DNA of 64,000 bases from Pseudomonadota bacterium (GTDB taxonomy: Bacteria; Pseudomonadota; Gammaproteobacteria; Burkholderiales; Burkholderiaceae_C), in assembly GCA_040387815.1 (NCBI GenBank), contig JAZKDA010000120.1, positions 21,041 through 85,040 of the forward strand, read 5' to 3'. Every line of letters starts with the position of its first letter. Position 1 is the first letter of the stretch. A program made the position numbers and the translations under genes. The notes beneath the pieces are model-generated. The model worked only from the letters and a program-made list of their open reading frames with translations. It had not been told where the DNA came from and searched no databases. Below, one piece after another: positions 18,809-27,832 of the stretch.

Positions 18809-19627
18809 TTAATTTGGGGTGAGCACCGCGCCGCCGCACACCGAGAGCACTTGCCCGGTGACATAGCGCGACAGGTCGGTGACCAGGAACTCGAGCGCAC
18901 CCGCGCAGTCCTCGACCTCGCCGAAGCGGCGCAGGGGGATCTGCTTGAGTTCGTCGTCGGTGCCGATGCCGCGCTCGCGCGCGGCCTGGGCTATGCGGGC
19001 CGTCATCATCACGCCGGGCGAGATGCAGTTGGCGCGGATGCCGTGCGGCCCGACCTCGGCCGCCAGGTAACGGGTGTACTGGGCCACTGCCGCCTTGCTG
19101 GCGGCATAGGCGGCGATCATCCCGCCCTTGTAGGTGGTGATGCCCGACTGCGAACTGATGTTGACGATGACGCCCGCGCCCAGCTTCTTCATGGCCGGAA
19201 TCGCTGCCTTGCAGCAGAACTGCGTGCTCATGAAGTTCACGTCGAACAGCAGGCGCGTGTCCTCCTCGGTCGCCTCGGACGGGTGGCTGCGGCCGGCCGG
19301 CGTGATGGCCCCACCGGCGTTGTTGACCAGGATGTCCAGGCGGCCGAAATGGGCGATGGCCCGCTCGACGGCGGCGGTGGCCTGGTCGCTCTTGGCCAGG
19401 TCGGCCTGGATGCCGATGCTGCGCCGGCCCAAGGCCTCGATCTCGGCCGGTACGCTGGCCGCGCTGAGCTTCTCGCCGTAGCGCGCCGCGCCGTCCAGAT
19501 CAAGGTCGACGACGGCGACATCGGCGCCCAGGCGGGCCAGCCGCAAGGCATACGCACGGCCGAGGCCACGCGCGGCGCCGGTTACCAGGGCGGCCTTGCC
19601 GGCCAGGGGGAGAGCAGGGGTGTTCAT
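18809..19627 (-). CDS. SDR oxidoreductase
   Basis: TGAARGLG, NNAG, YAASK. Confidence 0.95.
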   Translation of the reverse strand: MNTPALPLAGKAALVTGAARGLGRAYALRLARLGADVAVVDLDLDGAARYGEKLSAASVPAEIEALGRRSIGIQADLAKSDQATAAVERAIAHFGRLDILVNNAGGAITPAGRSHPSEATEEDTRLLFDVNFMSTQFCCKAAIPAMKKLGAGVIVNISSQSGITTYKGGMIAAYAASKAAVAQYTRYLAAEVGPHGIRANCISPGVMMTARIAQAARERGIGTDDELKQIPLRRFGEVEDCAGALEFLVTDLSRYVTGQVLSVCGGAVLTPN

Positions 19628-19662
19628 GACGTGATTCGGTTGAACCAGTGAGGATATGCATC

Positions 19663-19676
19663 GTGCACCAGCGTAC
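19663..19676. promoter_or_regulatory. GTAC-N6-GTAC operator variant (GTGCACCAGCGTAC)
   Basis: 36 bp upstream of the minus-strand SDR operon. Confidence 0.7.
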
Positions 19677-19761
19677 GATCATGGTAAACACCTAGGCTCG
19701 CGGGCCGCCAGAATGGTTTTGCCGGTTGACGCTGGGCCGTGCGGCTCGGTACGATCAATTG

Positions 19762-19775
19762 GTACGCCAGTGAAC
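19762..19775. promoter_or_regulatory. GTAC-N6-GTAC operator variant (GTACGCCAGTGAAC)
   Basis: ~50 bp upstream of aliA copy 2. Confidence 0.7.
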
Positions 19776-19827
19776 CATCCGGCTGGGGGTGCAGCGCGCC
19801 CAGCCGGTAACCCAGGAGACCAAGACC

Positions 19828-21477
19828 ATGGCAATCCGCACTTTCGATCCCGCCGCCCACGCCGCCAAGATGCGCGCCGACGGCTGGTGGGTGGACCGCA
19901 CCACCGACAGCATGATCGCCGACGCCGCGCGGCAATTCCCAGACAAGGCCGCGATCGTGGCCTACCGCGCCGACAGCGGCGAGGCGCCGGTGCGGCGCTT
20001 CACCTACCGCCAGCTCGACGACTACATCGGCCGCGGCGCGGCCGCCTTGCGCAAGCTGGGCGTGGCCAAGGGCGATGTGGTGTCGATCCAGCTGCCCAAC
20101 TGGTGGGAGTTCGTGCTGGTGACGCTGGCCTGCGGCCGCCTGGGCGCGGTGGTGAACCCGTTGATGCACATCTTCCGCGAGCGCGAAATGACCTACATGG
20201 TCGGTTTTTGCGAAGCCAAGGTGCTGGTGGTGCCCAAGCAGTTCCGCGGCTTCGACCATGAGGAAATGGCCAAGGCGGTGCAGGCCAACTGCCCGAAACT
20301 GGCCCATGTGCTGGTGGTGGGCAGCGGCGGCGACAACGACCTGGAGAAGGTGCTGTTTTCCGGCACCGAGGCGATCGAGCCCGCCGGCCCGAACCGAGCC
20401 GCGCCGCGCCGCGCCGACGAGATGGCGGTGCTGATGTTCACCTCCGGCACCACCGGTTCGCCCAAGGGCGTGATGCACACCGACAACACCCTGGTGGCCT
20501 GCGTGCGCGGGCTGGCACAGCGTTTCGGCCTGAGCGCCGACGACGTGCTGCTGGCCTGCTCGCCGATGGGCCACATGATGGGCTATGCCGCGGTGATGTT
20601 CCAGAGCTTGTGCCTGGGCTGCACCGTGGTGTTGCAGGACGTGTGGGAGGGCAAGCGCGGCGTGGCCATCATGGCCGCCGAGGGCGTGACGCACATCGGC
20701 GCCGCCACCCCCTTCCTGGTGGACATCTGCGAGGCGGTGGCCGCCGGCGGCCCCAAGCCCAAGCTGCGCACCTTCCTGTGCGGCGGCGCGCCCATCCCGC
20801 CGGTGGTGGTGCAACGTGCGGCCGCTGAGCTCGGCCTGAACGTCTCCAGCCTGTGGGGCATGACCGAATCGCTGGGCAGCACGCTGACCGAGCCCTCGCG
20901 CGCCCATGAGAAGTCGGCCAGCACCGACGGCCGGCCGCTGGAGGGCACCGAGGTGCGCATCGTCGACGCCGACGGCAAGCCGTTGCCCACCGGCGAGACC
21001 GGCCGGCTGATGGTGCGCGGCGCCCAGATGTTCGTGGGGTATTACAAGCGCCCCGACATCGAGACCTTCGACGCCGAAGGCTGGTTCGACACCGGCGACT
21101 TGGCCTACATGGACAACGAGGGCTACATCCGCATCAACGGCCGGACCAAGGATGTGCTCATCCGTGGCGGTGAGAACGTGCCGGTGGTCGAGATCGAGAA
21201 CCTGGTGCTCAAGCACCCGGCCATCGCCGGCGCCGCGCTGGTGGGCATTCCCGATGCGCGCCTGGGAGAGCGCGGCTGCCTGTTCGTGGCGCTGCGGCCA
21301 GGGCAGAGCTTTGACCTGGCCACGCTGCACGCCTACATGGCCGAGAGCAAGGTGGCCAAGCAGTACTGGCCCGAGCGGGTCGAAGTGATCGCCGACATGC
21401 CACGCACCCCCAGCGGCAAGATCCAGAAGTTCATCCTGCGCGAGAAGGCCAAGGCCTTCGCAACGGGGGCCGCATGA
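19828..21477 (+). CDS. aliA: Cyclohexanecarboxylate-CoA ligase-like acyl-CoA synthetase, copy 2
   Basis: Closely similar to 12906-14534 along its whole length; RBS AGGAG before ATG 19828. Confidence 0.75.
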   Translation: MAIRTFDPAAHAAKMRADGWWVDRTTDSMIADAARQFPDKAAIVAYRADSGEAPVRRFTYRQLDDYIGRGAAALRKLGVAKGDVVSIQLPNWWEFVLVTLACGRLGAVVNPLMHIFREREMTYMVGFCEAKVLVVPKQFRGFDHEEMAKAVQANCPKLAHVLVVGSGGDNDLEKVLFSGTEAIEPAGPNRAAPRRADEMAVLMFTSGTTGSPKGVMHTDNTLVACVRGLAQRFGLSADDVLLACSPMGHMMGYAAVMFQSLCLGCTVVLQDVWEGKRGVAIMAAEGVTHIGAATPFLVDICEAVAAGGPKPKLRTFLCGGAPIPPVVVQRAAAELGLNVSSLWGMTESLGSTLTEPSRAHEKSASTDGRPLEGTEVRIVDADGKPLPTGETGRLMVRGAQMFVGYYKRPDIETFDAEGWFDTGDLAYMDNEGYIRINGRTKDVLIRGGENVPVVEIENLVLKHPAIAGAALVGIPDARLGERGCLFVALRPGQSFDLATLHAYMAESKVAKQYWPERVEVIADMPRTPSGKIQKFILREKAKAFATGAA

Positions 21478-22250
21478 GCGCCGTCAGCTGCCGCCGCTTT
21501 GAAGGCACGGTCTGCGTGGTCACCGGGGCCGCGCGCGGCATCGGCGAGGCCATTGCCGAACGTCTGGCCATGGAAGGCGGCATGGTCGCGGCGCTTGACA
21601 TGAGCGAGCGCCGGCTCACCCCCACCGTGGAGGCGCTGCGCGCCCGCGGGCTCGATGTGCGCGGCTTCGCCTGCGACGTCAGCTCGCGCGCCTCGGTGCA
21701 GGAAACCATGGCGGCCGTGCGCAAGGCCTTTGGCGCGCCGATCGGTGTGCTGGTCAACAACGCCGTCTGGGCCCGCTTCGGACCCCTGGACGGCGTGGAC
21801 GAAGAAACCGTCGACCGCACCCTGGCGGTGGGCCTCAAGGGCCTGATCTGGACCACCCAGGCGGTGGTGCCGCAGATGCGCGAGCGCGGCGACGGTGCCA
21901 TCGTCAACTTCAGCTCGACGGCGGCGCAGCATCCGGCGGGCGCGGGGGCCATCGTCTATGCCGCAATGAAGGCCGGCGTGCTGGGCCTGACGCGCGCCAG
22001 CGCGGTGGAGCTCAGCCCCGACCGCATCCGGGTCAACACCCTTCAGCCTGGCATGGTGGGCACCGATGCGTCCAAGGCCCAGTACGACGAGGCCACGCTG
22101 GCGGTGCGCGAAGCGGCCATGCCGCTGGGCCGTTTCGGCGACCCCGCCGACATCGCCGGCGCAGTGGCCTTCCTGGCCAGCGACGACGCACGTTATGTAG
22201 ACGGCACCGAGTTGGTCGTCGACGGCGCCTGGACCGTCGGAAAAGATTGA
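21474..22250 (+). CDS. SDR oxidoreductase
   Basis: TGAARGIG, NNA, YAAMK; ATGA overlap with upstream gene. Confidence 0.95.
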   Translation: MSAVSCRRFEGTVCVVTGAARGIGEAIAERLAMEGGMVAALDMSERRLTPTVEALRARGLDVRGFACDVSSRASVQETMAAVRKAFGAPIGVLVNNAVWARFGPLDGVDEETVDRTLAVGLKGLIWTTQAVVPQMRERGDGAIVNFSSTAAQHPAGAGAIVYAAMKAGVLGLTRASAVELSPDRIRVNTLQPGMVGTDASKAQYDEATLAVREAAMPLGRFGDPADIAGAVAFLASDDARYVDGTELVVDGAWTVGKD

Positions 22251-22275
22251 ATTCATTGAATAGGAAACCCGCGTC

Positions 22276-23067
22276 ATGTTGAACAGACTCGAAGGCAAGC
22301 GTTGCATCGTCACCGGCGGCGGCAGCGGCATCGGCCGCGCCAGCGCCCAGCGCATGGCGCAGGAAGGCGCCTCCATCCTGGTGGTCGGGCGCAGCAAGGA
22401 CAACACCGAAGAGACGGCGAATCTGATCCGCGAGGCCGGCGGCAAGGCCGCCGCCATGGTGGCCGACGCCACCGACGAGGCCGACGTGCAGGCGATGGTC
22501 GAGCGCTGCGTCGCCGAGTTCGGCGGGATGGAGGTGTTCTTCGCCAATGCGGGCACCCCGGGCACCGGCGCCGGCATTCTCGAGCAGACCGTCGAGGAAT
22601 GGAACGACGTCTGGAAGGTCAACGTGATCAGCTGCATGCTGGCCATCAAGCATGCCGGGCGCCATATGGTCGCCCACGGCGGCGGCTCCATCATCCTCAC
22701 CTCATCGGCGGGGTCGCTGAGGGCCAACGCCGGCGCCATCTCGTACTGCGCCAGCAAGGCGGCGGTGAACAACCTGGCCCAGACGGCGGCCAACGCCTTC
22801 TCCGGGCAGCTGGTGCGCGTCAATGCCGTGCTGCCGGGCCTGGTGGAAACGAAGATGACCAAGATGGTGTTCGATTACGCGGCGGCGCGCGGCAAGGCCG
22901 ATCGCATCGGTTACATGGTGCCGCTGCGGCGCCCAGGCCAGCCGCATGAAATCGCCAGCATGGTCGCGTTTCTGGCCAGCGAGGACGCCTCCTTCATCAC
23001 CGGCCAGTGCTACGCCGTCGACGGCGGGATCAGCAGCTCACACCCGTTCGGCAAGACGACGGCTTGA
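22276..23067 (+). CDS. SDR oxidoreductase
   Basis: TGGGSGIG, ANAG, YCASK. Confidence 0.95.
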   Translation: MLNRLEGKRCIVTGGGSGIGRASAQRMAQEGASILVVGRSKDNTEETANLIREAGGKAAAMVADATDEADVQAMVERCVAEFGGMEVFFANAGTPGTGAGILEQTVEEWNDVWKVNVISCMLAIKHAGRHMVAHGGGSIILTSSAGSLRANAGAISYCASKAAVNNLAQTAANAFSGQLVRVNAVLPGLVETKMTKMVFDYAAARGKADRIGYMVPLRRPGQPHEIASMVAFLASEDASFITGQCYAVDGGISSSHPFGKTTA

Positions 23068-23984
23068 GCGCGCCGCCCATCCTGCAGGCGGACGCCGCCC
23101 TGCAGCGCCGCGCCTTGTTCGCGGGGCTGGGCGTCGTCGTCCTGTGGGGTGCCAGCTTCAGCATCCAGAAGGCCGCCTACGGGGCGATGCAACCGGGGCC
23201 TTTTCTCTTTTTCCGCGCGGCTGTGATGGCCCTGAGCGTCATCGCGGTGCTGCTGTGGTACGGCCGGCCCTGGCTCCCGGCGCTGCAGCCGGGCGACGGG
23301 CGCCTGTTTGCCACCGCTACGCTCACCGGCCCGTTCCTGCACGTGCTGTTTGTCACCTACGGCGTGCACTGGTCGACCCCGTTCACCAGCGCGGTGATCA
23401 TGGCCTGCGGGCCGGTGATCACGCTGGTGCTGATGCGCCTGCTGCACGGCACGCGCCTGCGGCCGGTTCAGGTGCTGGGCGTGGCCCTGGCCTTCACGGG
23501 GGTGCTGCTGTTCATGGCCGACAAGCTGATGCAGGCCGATCTGCGCGCGTCCGGCGGCGACCTGATGCTGCTGGGGGCCGCTGTGAGCTTTTCGCTCTAC
23601 ACCATCCGCGTCACGCCCTTGGCCCGCCGCTATGGCGGGATGGAGATCATGTGCTGGACCTCCCTGCTGGCGTCGCCGCTGTTCATGGCGCTGACCTTCT
23701 GGCCCGCGCTGAACGCACCCGTGGCCACCTTTTCGGCGGCAGCCTGGGGCGGGCTGCTCTGGACCGTCTGGCTCACGGCACTGCTGGCCTGGATCCTGTG
23801 GAGCTGGACCAATGCGGTGCGCGGCGTCTCGCGCACCGCGCCGCTGCTGTACCTGGTGCCACCGGTGGCGGGGCTGATCGGGTGGCTGTTCCTGGGTGAA
23901 GTGCTCACCGCCTGGAAGCTGGCCGGCGGCGCGATCGCCATGACCGGCGTGGCGCTGGCGCAGTGGGGCGGGCAGCGCACGTGA
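23064..23984 (+). CDS. DMT/EamA family transporter, copy 1
   Basis: About 10 hydrophobic segments, LWG.SF, GDLMLL, LFLGE; TTG start inferred from TTGA overlap. Confidence 0.88.
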   Translation: MSAPPILQADAALQRRALFAGLGVVVLWGASFSIQKAAYGAMQPGPFLFFRAAVMALSVIAVLLWYGRPWLPALQPGDGRLFATATLTGPFLHVLFVTYGVHWSTPFTSAVIMACGPVITLVLMRLLHGTRLRPVQVLGVALAFTGVLLFMADKLMQADLRASGGDLMLLGAAVSFSLYTIRVTPLARRYGGMEIMCWTSLLASPLFMALTFWPALNAPVATFSAAAWGGLLWTVWLTALLAWILWSWTNAVRGVSRTAPLLYLVPPVAGLIGWLFLGEVLTAWKLAGGAIAMTGVALAQWGGQRT

Positions 23985-24877
23985 AGTCCACCCCGCAGGG
24001 CCGCGCCCTTGCCGTCGGCCTGGCGCTGGTGGTGATATGGGCCGCCGCCTTCAGCATCCAGAAGGCCGCCTATGCGGCCATGGGGCCGGGCGCTTACCTG
24101 TTCCTGCGCGCCATCGTGATGGCCGTGTGTTCCGTGGCGATGCTCGCCTGGTACAAGCTGCCGCTGTGGCCCACGCTGGCGCCAGGGGAGTGGCGCGCAT
24201 TCCTCGGCGTGACCGTCACCGGGTCGATCTTGCAGGTTGCGCTGACAACCTTTGGCATTCACATGTCGACACCGTTCTCGGCGGCGGTGATCACGGCCTG
24301 CGGCCCGGTCATCACCCTGGTGCTGCTGCTCATCCTGCACGGCGTTCGCATGCGCCCGCCGCAGATGCTGGGCGTGGTGGTGGCCATGGCGGGCGTGTTG
24401 CTGTTCATGGCCGACAAGCTGATGCAGGCCGACCTGCGCGCGACCTTGGGCGACCTGATGATGCTGGCCTCCGCCGTCACGTTTTCGCTCTACACCATCC
24501 GCGTCACGCCGCTCGCGCGTCGGTATGGCGGCATGGCCATGCTGTGCTGGAGCACCCTGCTGGCCACGCCCTTGATGTTGGCCGGCACGCTGGCGCCGGT
24601 GCTTCAATCCTCTCTGGCCACCATCACCCCGATGATCTGGTTCGCGTTCTTCTGGTCCGTGCTGGTCTCGGCCTTCCTGGGCTGGGTGGCATGGAACTGG
24701 GTCAACGCCGTCCGAGGGGTCGCGCGTACCGCGCCCTTGCTGTACCTGATCCCGCCGGTGGCGGGCGTGATCGGATGGGTGTTCCTGGGCGAAGCGCTGA
24801 CCACCGCCAAGCTGATCGGCGGCGCGCTCGCCATGGGCGGCGTCGCGCTGGCGCAGTGGGCGGCGCCAAGAGCCTGA
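23981..24877 (+). CDS. DMT/EamA family transporter, copy 2
   Basis: Tandem paralogue sharing FSIQKAAY, FMADKLMQADLRA, SLYTIRVTPLARRYGG; GTGA overlap. Confidence 0.88.
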   Translation: MKSTPQGRALAVGLALVVIWAAAFSIQKAAYAAMGPGAYLFLRAIVMAVCSVAMLAWYKLPLWPTLAPGEWRAFLGVTVTGSILQVALTTFGIHMSTPFSAAVITACGPVITLVLLLILHGVRMRPPQMLGVVVAMAGVLLFMADKLMQADLRATLGDLMMLASAVTFSLYTIRVTPLARRYGGMAMLCWSTLLATPLMLAGTLAPVLQSSLATITPMIWFAFFWSVLVSAFLGWVAWNWVNAVRGVARTAPLLYLIPPVAGVIGWVFLGEALTTAKLIGGALAMGGVALAQWAAPRA

Positions 24878-24992
24878 GATCAGGCCCACCCCCGATGCGC
24901 CTTCGGCCGTGCCCCCTCGGGCGCTGCCCTCTCCCCCTCAAGGGGGCGCCACCAGCGGCCCGGCAAAGCCGGTTCCGCGGTGGCCGCTGATC
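24878..24992. repeat. Structured intergenic element (MITE/REP-like)
   Basis: GATCAG/CTGATC inverted ends, internal hairpins CCCCTCAAGGGG and CCGGCAAAGCCGG; between convergent genes. Confidence 0.45.
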
Positions 24993-25026
24993 CGCACACT
25001 GCTTTCCTGCAGGGTGGGTGAATCAG

Positions 25027-26028
25027 CTACCGCACCCGCACCATCATCTTGCCGGTGTTGCCCCCCGCGAGCAGGTCGATCAAGGCCTGGGGGGCGTTCT
25101 CCAGGCCCTGCACCACTTGTACCGGCGCATGCAGCGTGCCCTCGTCCAGCCAGGCGGCCAGCGCCGTCTCGGCGGCCTCGCGGCGCAGTGCGTCGTCGAG
25201 CACGACAAAGCCAGCCATGGAAAGGCGCCGCGCGATCAGCAGCGCCGGCACGCCGCGCGGGCCGGCCGGCGCCTGGCCGGCGTCGTAGGCCGACACCGCA
25301 CCGCAGCACACCACACGCCCGCCGATGTTCATCGATGGCAGAGCCGCCTCCAGCACCGCGCCGGCCACGTTGTCGAAGAAGACATCGATGCCCTTGGGCA
25401 GCGCGCGCTTGAGGTCGGCGCGCAGCGCACCGGCCTTGTAGTCGACCACCGCATCGGCGCCGAGCTCGCGCAGCATTTGCGCCTTGTGCGGCCCGCCAGC
25501 CACCGCCACCACGCGGCAGCCGGCCTTCCTTGCAAGTTGCACCACGATGCTGCCCACCGCCCCGGCCGCGCCGGACACCAGCACCTGCTCGCCGGGCAGC
25601 GGCCGGCCGATGTCGAACAGGCCGACGTGCGCGGTGGCGCCCGTGATGCCCAGCACGCCGACCAGTTGTTCCAGCGGGCGCGCGGCGTCGCGCCTGCGCA
25701 GCGCGCTGGCCGCTGCGCAGGCGAAGTCTTGCCAGCCGAGGTCGCCCTCGACCCGGTCGCCCGGCGCGAAGTCGGGGCTTTGCGATTGGACCACCTCCCC
25801 CACCGCGTACGAGGCCATCACCTGGCCCGGTTGCAGCATTGGCCGGTAGCTGGGCCCGGCCATCCATACGCGCTGCGAGGGGTCCACCGACAGCGCCTGC
25901 ACCCGCACCAGTACCTCGCCAGGGGCGGGCCGCGGACGCGGCGCGGTGCGCCACTCGAAATGCTCAAGCGTCAGGCGGTCGTCGGGGCGGCGGCGGTAGA
26001 TCCATTGGCGGTTGGCGGCGTCGGTCAT
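25027..26028 (-). CDS. NADP-dependent oxidoreductase (PTGR/CurA-like alkenal reductase)
   Basis: LSVDP.QRVWM, GWQDF, VSGAAGAVGS, FFDNV, GGNTGK. Confidence 0.93.
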   Translation of the reverse strand: MTDAANRQWIYRRRPDDRLTLEHFEWRTAPRPRPAPGEVLVRVQALSVDPSQRVWMAGPSYRPMLQPGQVMASYAVGEVVQSQSPDFAPGDRVEGDLGWQDFACAAASALRRRDAARPLEQLVGVLGITGATAHVGLFDIGRPLPGEQVLVSGAAGAVGSIVVQLARKAGCRVVAVAGGPHKAQMLRELGADAVVDYKAGALRADLKRALPKGIDVFFDNVAGAVLEAALPSMNIGGRVVCCGAVSAYDAGQAPAGPRGVPALLIARRLSMAGFVVLDDALRREAAETALAAWLDEGTLHAPVQVVQGLENAPQALIDLLAGGNTGKMMVRVR

Positions 26029-26078
26029 TCCAGCAGCATCGCTGCAAGCGCCCCTGGGGCGAAACAGCGTTTCCCCCG

Positions 26079-26107
26079 TTGACATCAATCGTACGCACAT
26101 TTACGGT
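26079..26107 (+). promoter_or_regulatory. Sigma70 promoter TTGACA-N17-TACGGT with operator GTACGCACATTTAC (26091-26104)
   Basis: Canonical -35, 17-bp spacer; operator lies in the spacer and overlaps -10. Confidence 0.75.
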
Positions 26108-26148
26108 GTGCCAGTGCATCGACCTTCCCATCCTCGCTTCGTCCTGAC

Positions 26149-26919
26149 ATGCCATCCATGAACACGATCGACCTCAGCGGCCGCACGGCCATCATCACTG
26201 GCGGCGGCAGCGGTATCGGGCTTGCCACCGCCCGCCAGATGCTCCTGTCGGGCGCCCGCATCGAGCTGTGGGGGCGCGACGCCGACCGGCTCGTGGCCGC
26301 GGCGAAGGAACTTGGCGCGCCCGAGCGCGTCAGCACCCAGTCGGTCAATGTCGGCGACCCTGCCGCGGTGCAAGCCGCAGCCGCGGACTCACTGCGGCGG
26401 CTGGGCGCGGTGGACATCCTCGTCAACAACGCCGGCGTCACGCCGGGCATGCTGCCCATGGCCGAGGTGACGCTGGAAGACTGGCGCGAGAACATGGCCG
26501 TCAATCTCGACGGCGTGTTCTTCACCTGCCGCGCCTTCGTGCCGGGCATGGTGTCGCGCGGCTGGGGCCGTGTCATCAACCTCAGCTCCATGGCCGGCAA
26601 GGAGGGCAACCCCTTCCAAAGCGCCTACTCGGCGGCCAAGGCCGGCGTGATCGGCTTCACCAAGAGCCTGGCCAAGGAAGTGGGCACCAGCGGCGTCACG
26701 GTCAACGCGGTGGCGCCCACGCTGTTCGAGACGCCACTGCTGGCCTGGGCGCGTCGGGAAAACCCGCAAGCCATGCAGATCGCACTAGAGAAGATACCGA
26801 TGCGCCGCATCGGCAAGCCGGAGGAAGCTGCGGCATTGATCACCTGGATCGCGTCCGACCAATGCGCCTTCACCACGGGCTTCACCTTCGACCTGTCCGG
26901 CGGTCGCGCCACCTACTGA
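26149..26919 (+). CDS. SDR oxidoreductase (FabG-like)
   Basis: TGGGSGIG, NNAG, YSAAK, FDLSGGRATY; start may be 26158. Confidence 0.93.
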   Translation: MPSMNTIDLSGRTAIITGGGSGIGLATARQMLLSGARIELWGRDADRLVAAAKELGAPERVSTQSVNVGDPAAVQAAAADSLRRLGAVDILVNNAGVTPGMLPMAEVTLEDWRENMAVNLDGVFFTCRAFVPGMVSRGWGRVINLSSMAGKEGNPFQSAYSAAKAGVIGFTKSLAKEVGTSGVTVNAVAPTLFETPLLAWARRENPQAMQIALEKIPMRRIGKPEEAAALITWIASDQCAFTTGFTFDLSGGRATY

Positions 26920-26971
26920 TCCGCACATCCACCATGACCTCCCACCTCCGCTTCACCCCTGGGGCTCTTGC

Positions 26972-27820
26972 ATGATCATCCAGTTGCTCAACGGACTGGT
27001 CTACGGCGGCCTGCTCTATCTGGTCGCCGTCGGCCTGGTCCTCATCTTCGGCCTGCGAAGGGTGGTCAATTTCGCGCACGGCGCGGTGTTCATGATCGGC
27101 GCCTATGTCGGCTTCAGCGCCGCCGCCGTCGGCAACTACTGGGTCGGCCTGGTGGTGGCGGTGATCGTGCTCGCGGTGCTGGGCGGCTTGCTCGACACCT
27201 TCGTGTTCCGGCCGCTGCAACGCCACGACCCTCTGGTCACCGTGCTGGTGACCTTCGGCCTGCTGATGGTGCTGGAGGATTTCGCCCAGATCGTCTGGGG
27301 CAAGGACTTTCGCACCATGGCGGTCCCCGAGCTGCTGTCCGGCACGGTCCAGATCGCCGGCGAGGCCTTTCCGGTGTACCGGCTGATGGTGATGGCCGTG
27401 GCCGGCGCGGTGGCCCTGGGCCTGATGCTGTGGCTGCGCTACAGCCGCATCGGCCTGTTCGTGCGCGCCTCCAGCGCCGACCCGGTGGTGACCGCGATCC
27501 AAGGCGTCGACACCAACCGTGTCAGCATCACAGTGGTGGCCATCGGGACCGCCTTGGCCGGCCTGTCCGGCACCATTGCCGCCCCGCTGCTGTCGCTGTC
27601 GCCCTCCATGGGCGGCTACATCCTGGTCGAATCGTTCATCGTCATCGTGATCGGCGGCCTGGGCAGCTTCGGCGGCGCCCTGATCGCCGCGCTGGTGATC
27701 GGGCAGATCTACAACTTCGGCGTGGTGCACCTGCCCTGGGCGTCCACCATGATCCCCTTCCTGCTGATGGTCGCCGTGCTGGTCTGGCGTCCGCAAGGCT
27801 TCGCCGGCAAGCATGTCTAG
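26972..27820 (+). CDS. livH: Branched-chain amino acid-type ABC permease (LivH-like)
   Basis: GLVLIFG..VVNFAHG, IGGLGS, WRPQG. Confidence 0.92.
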   Translation: MIIQLLNGLVYGGLLYLVAVGLVLIFGLRRVVNFAHGAVFMIGAYVGFSAAAVGNYWVGLVVAVIVLAVLGGLLDTFVFRPLQRHDPLVTVLVTFGLLMVLEDFAQIVWGKDFRTMAVPELLSGTVQIAGEAFPVYRLMVMAVAGAVALGLMLWLRYSRIGLFVRASSADPVVTAIQGVDTNRVSITVVAIGTALAGLSGTIAAPLLSLSPSMGGYILVESFIVIVIGGLGSFGGALIAALVIGQIYNFGVVHLPWASTMIPFLLMVAVLVWRPQGFAGKHV

Positions 27821-27832
27821 GAGCCGACACGC

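Noticed and set aside
19749-19765. GTAC-N9-GTAC as an additional operator
   Set aside because: Spacing does not match; its second GTAC belongs to the N6 box at 19762
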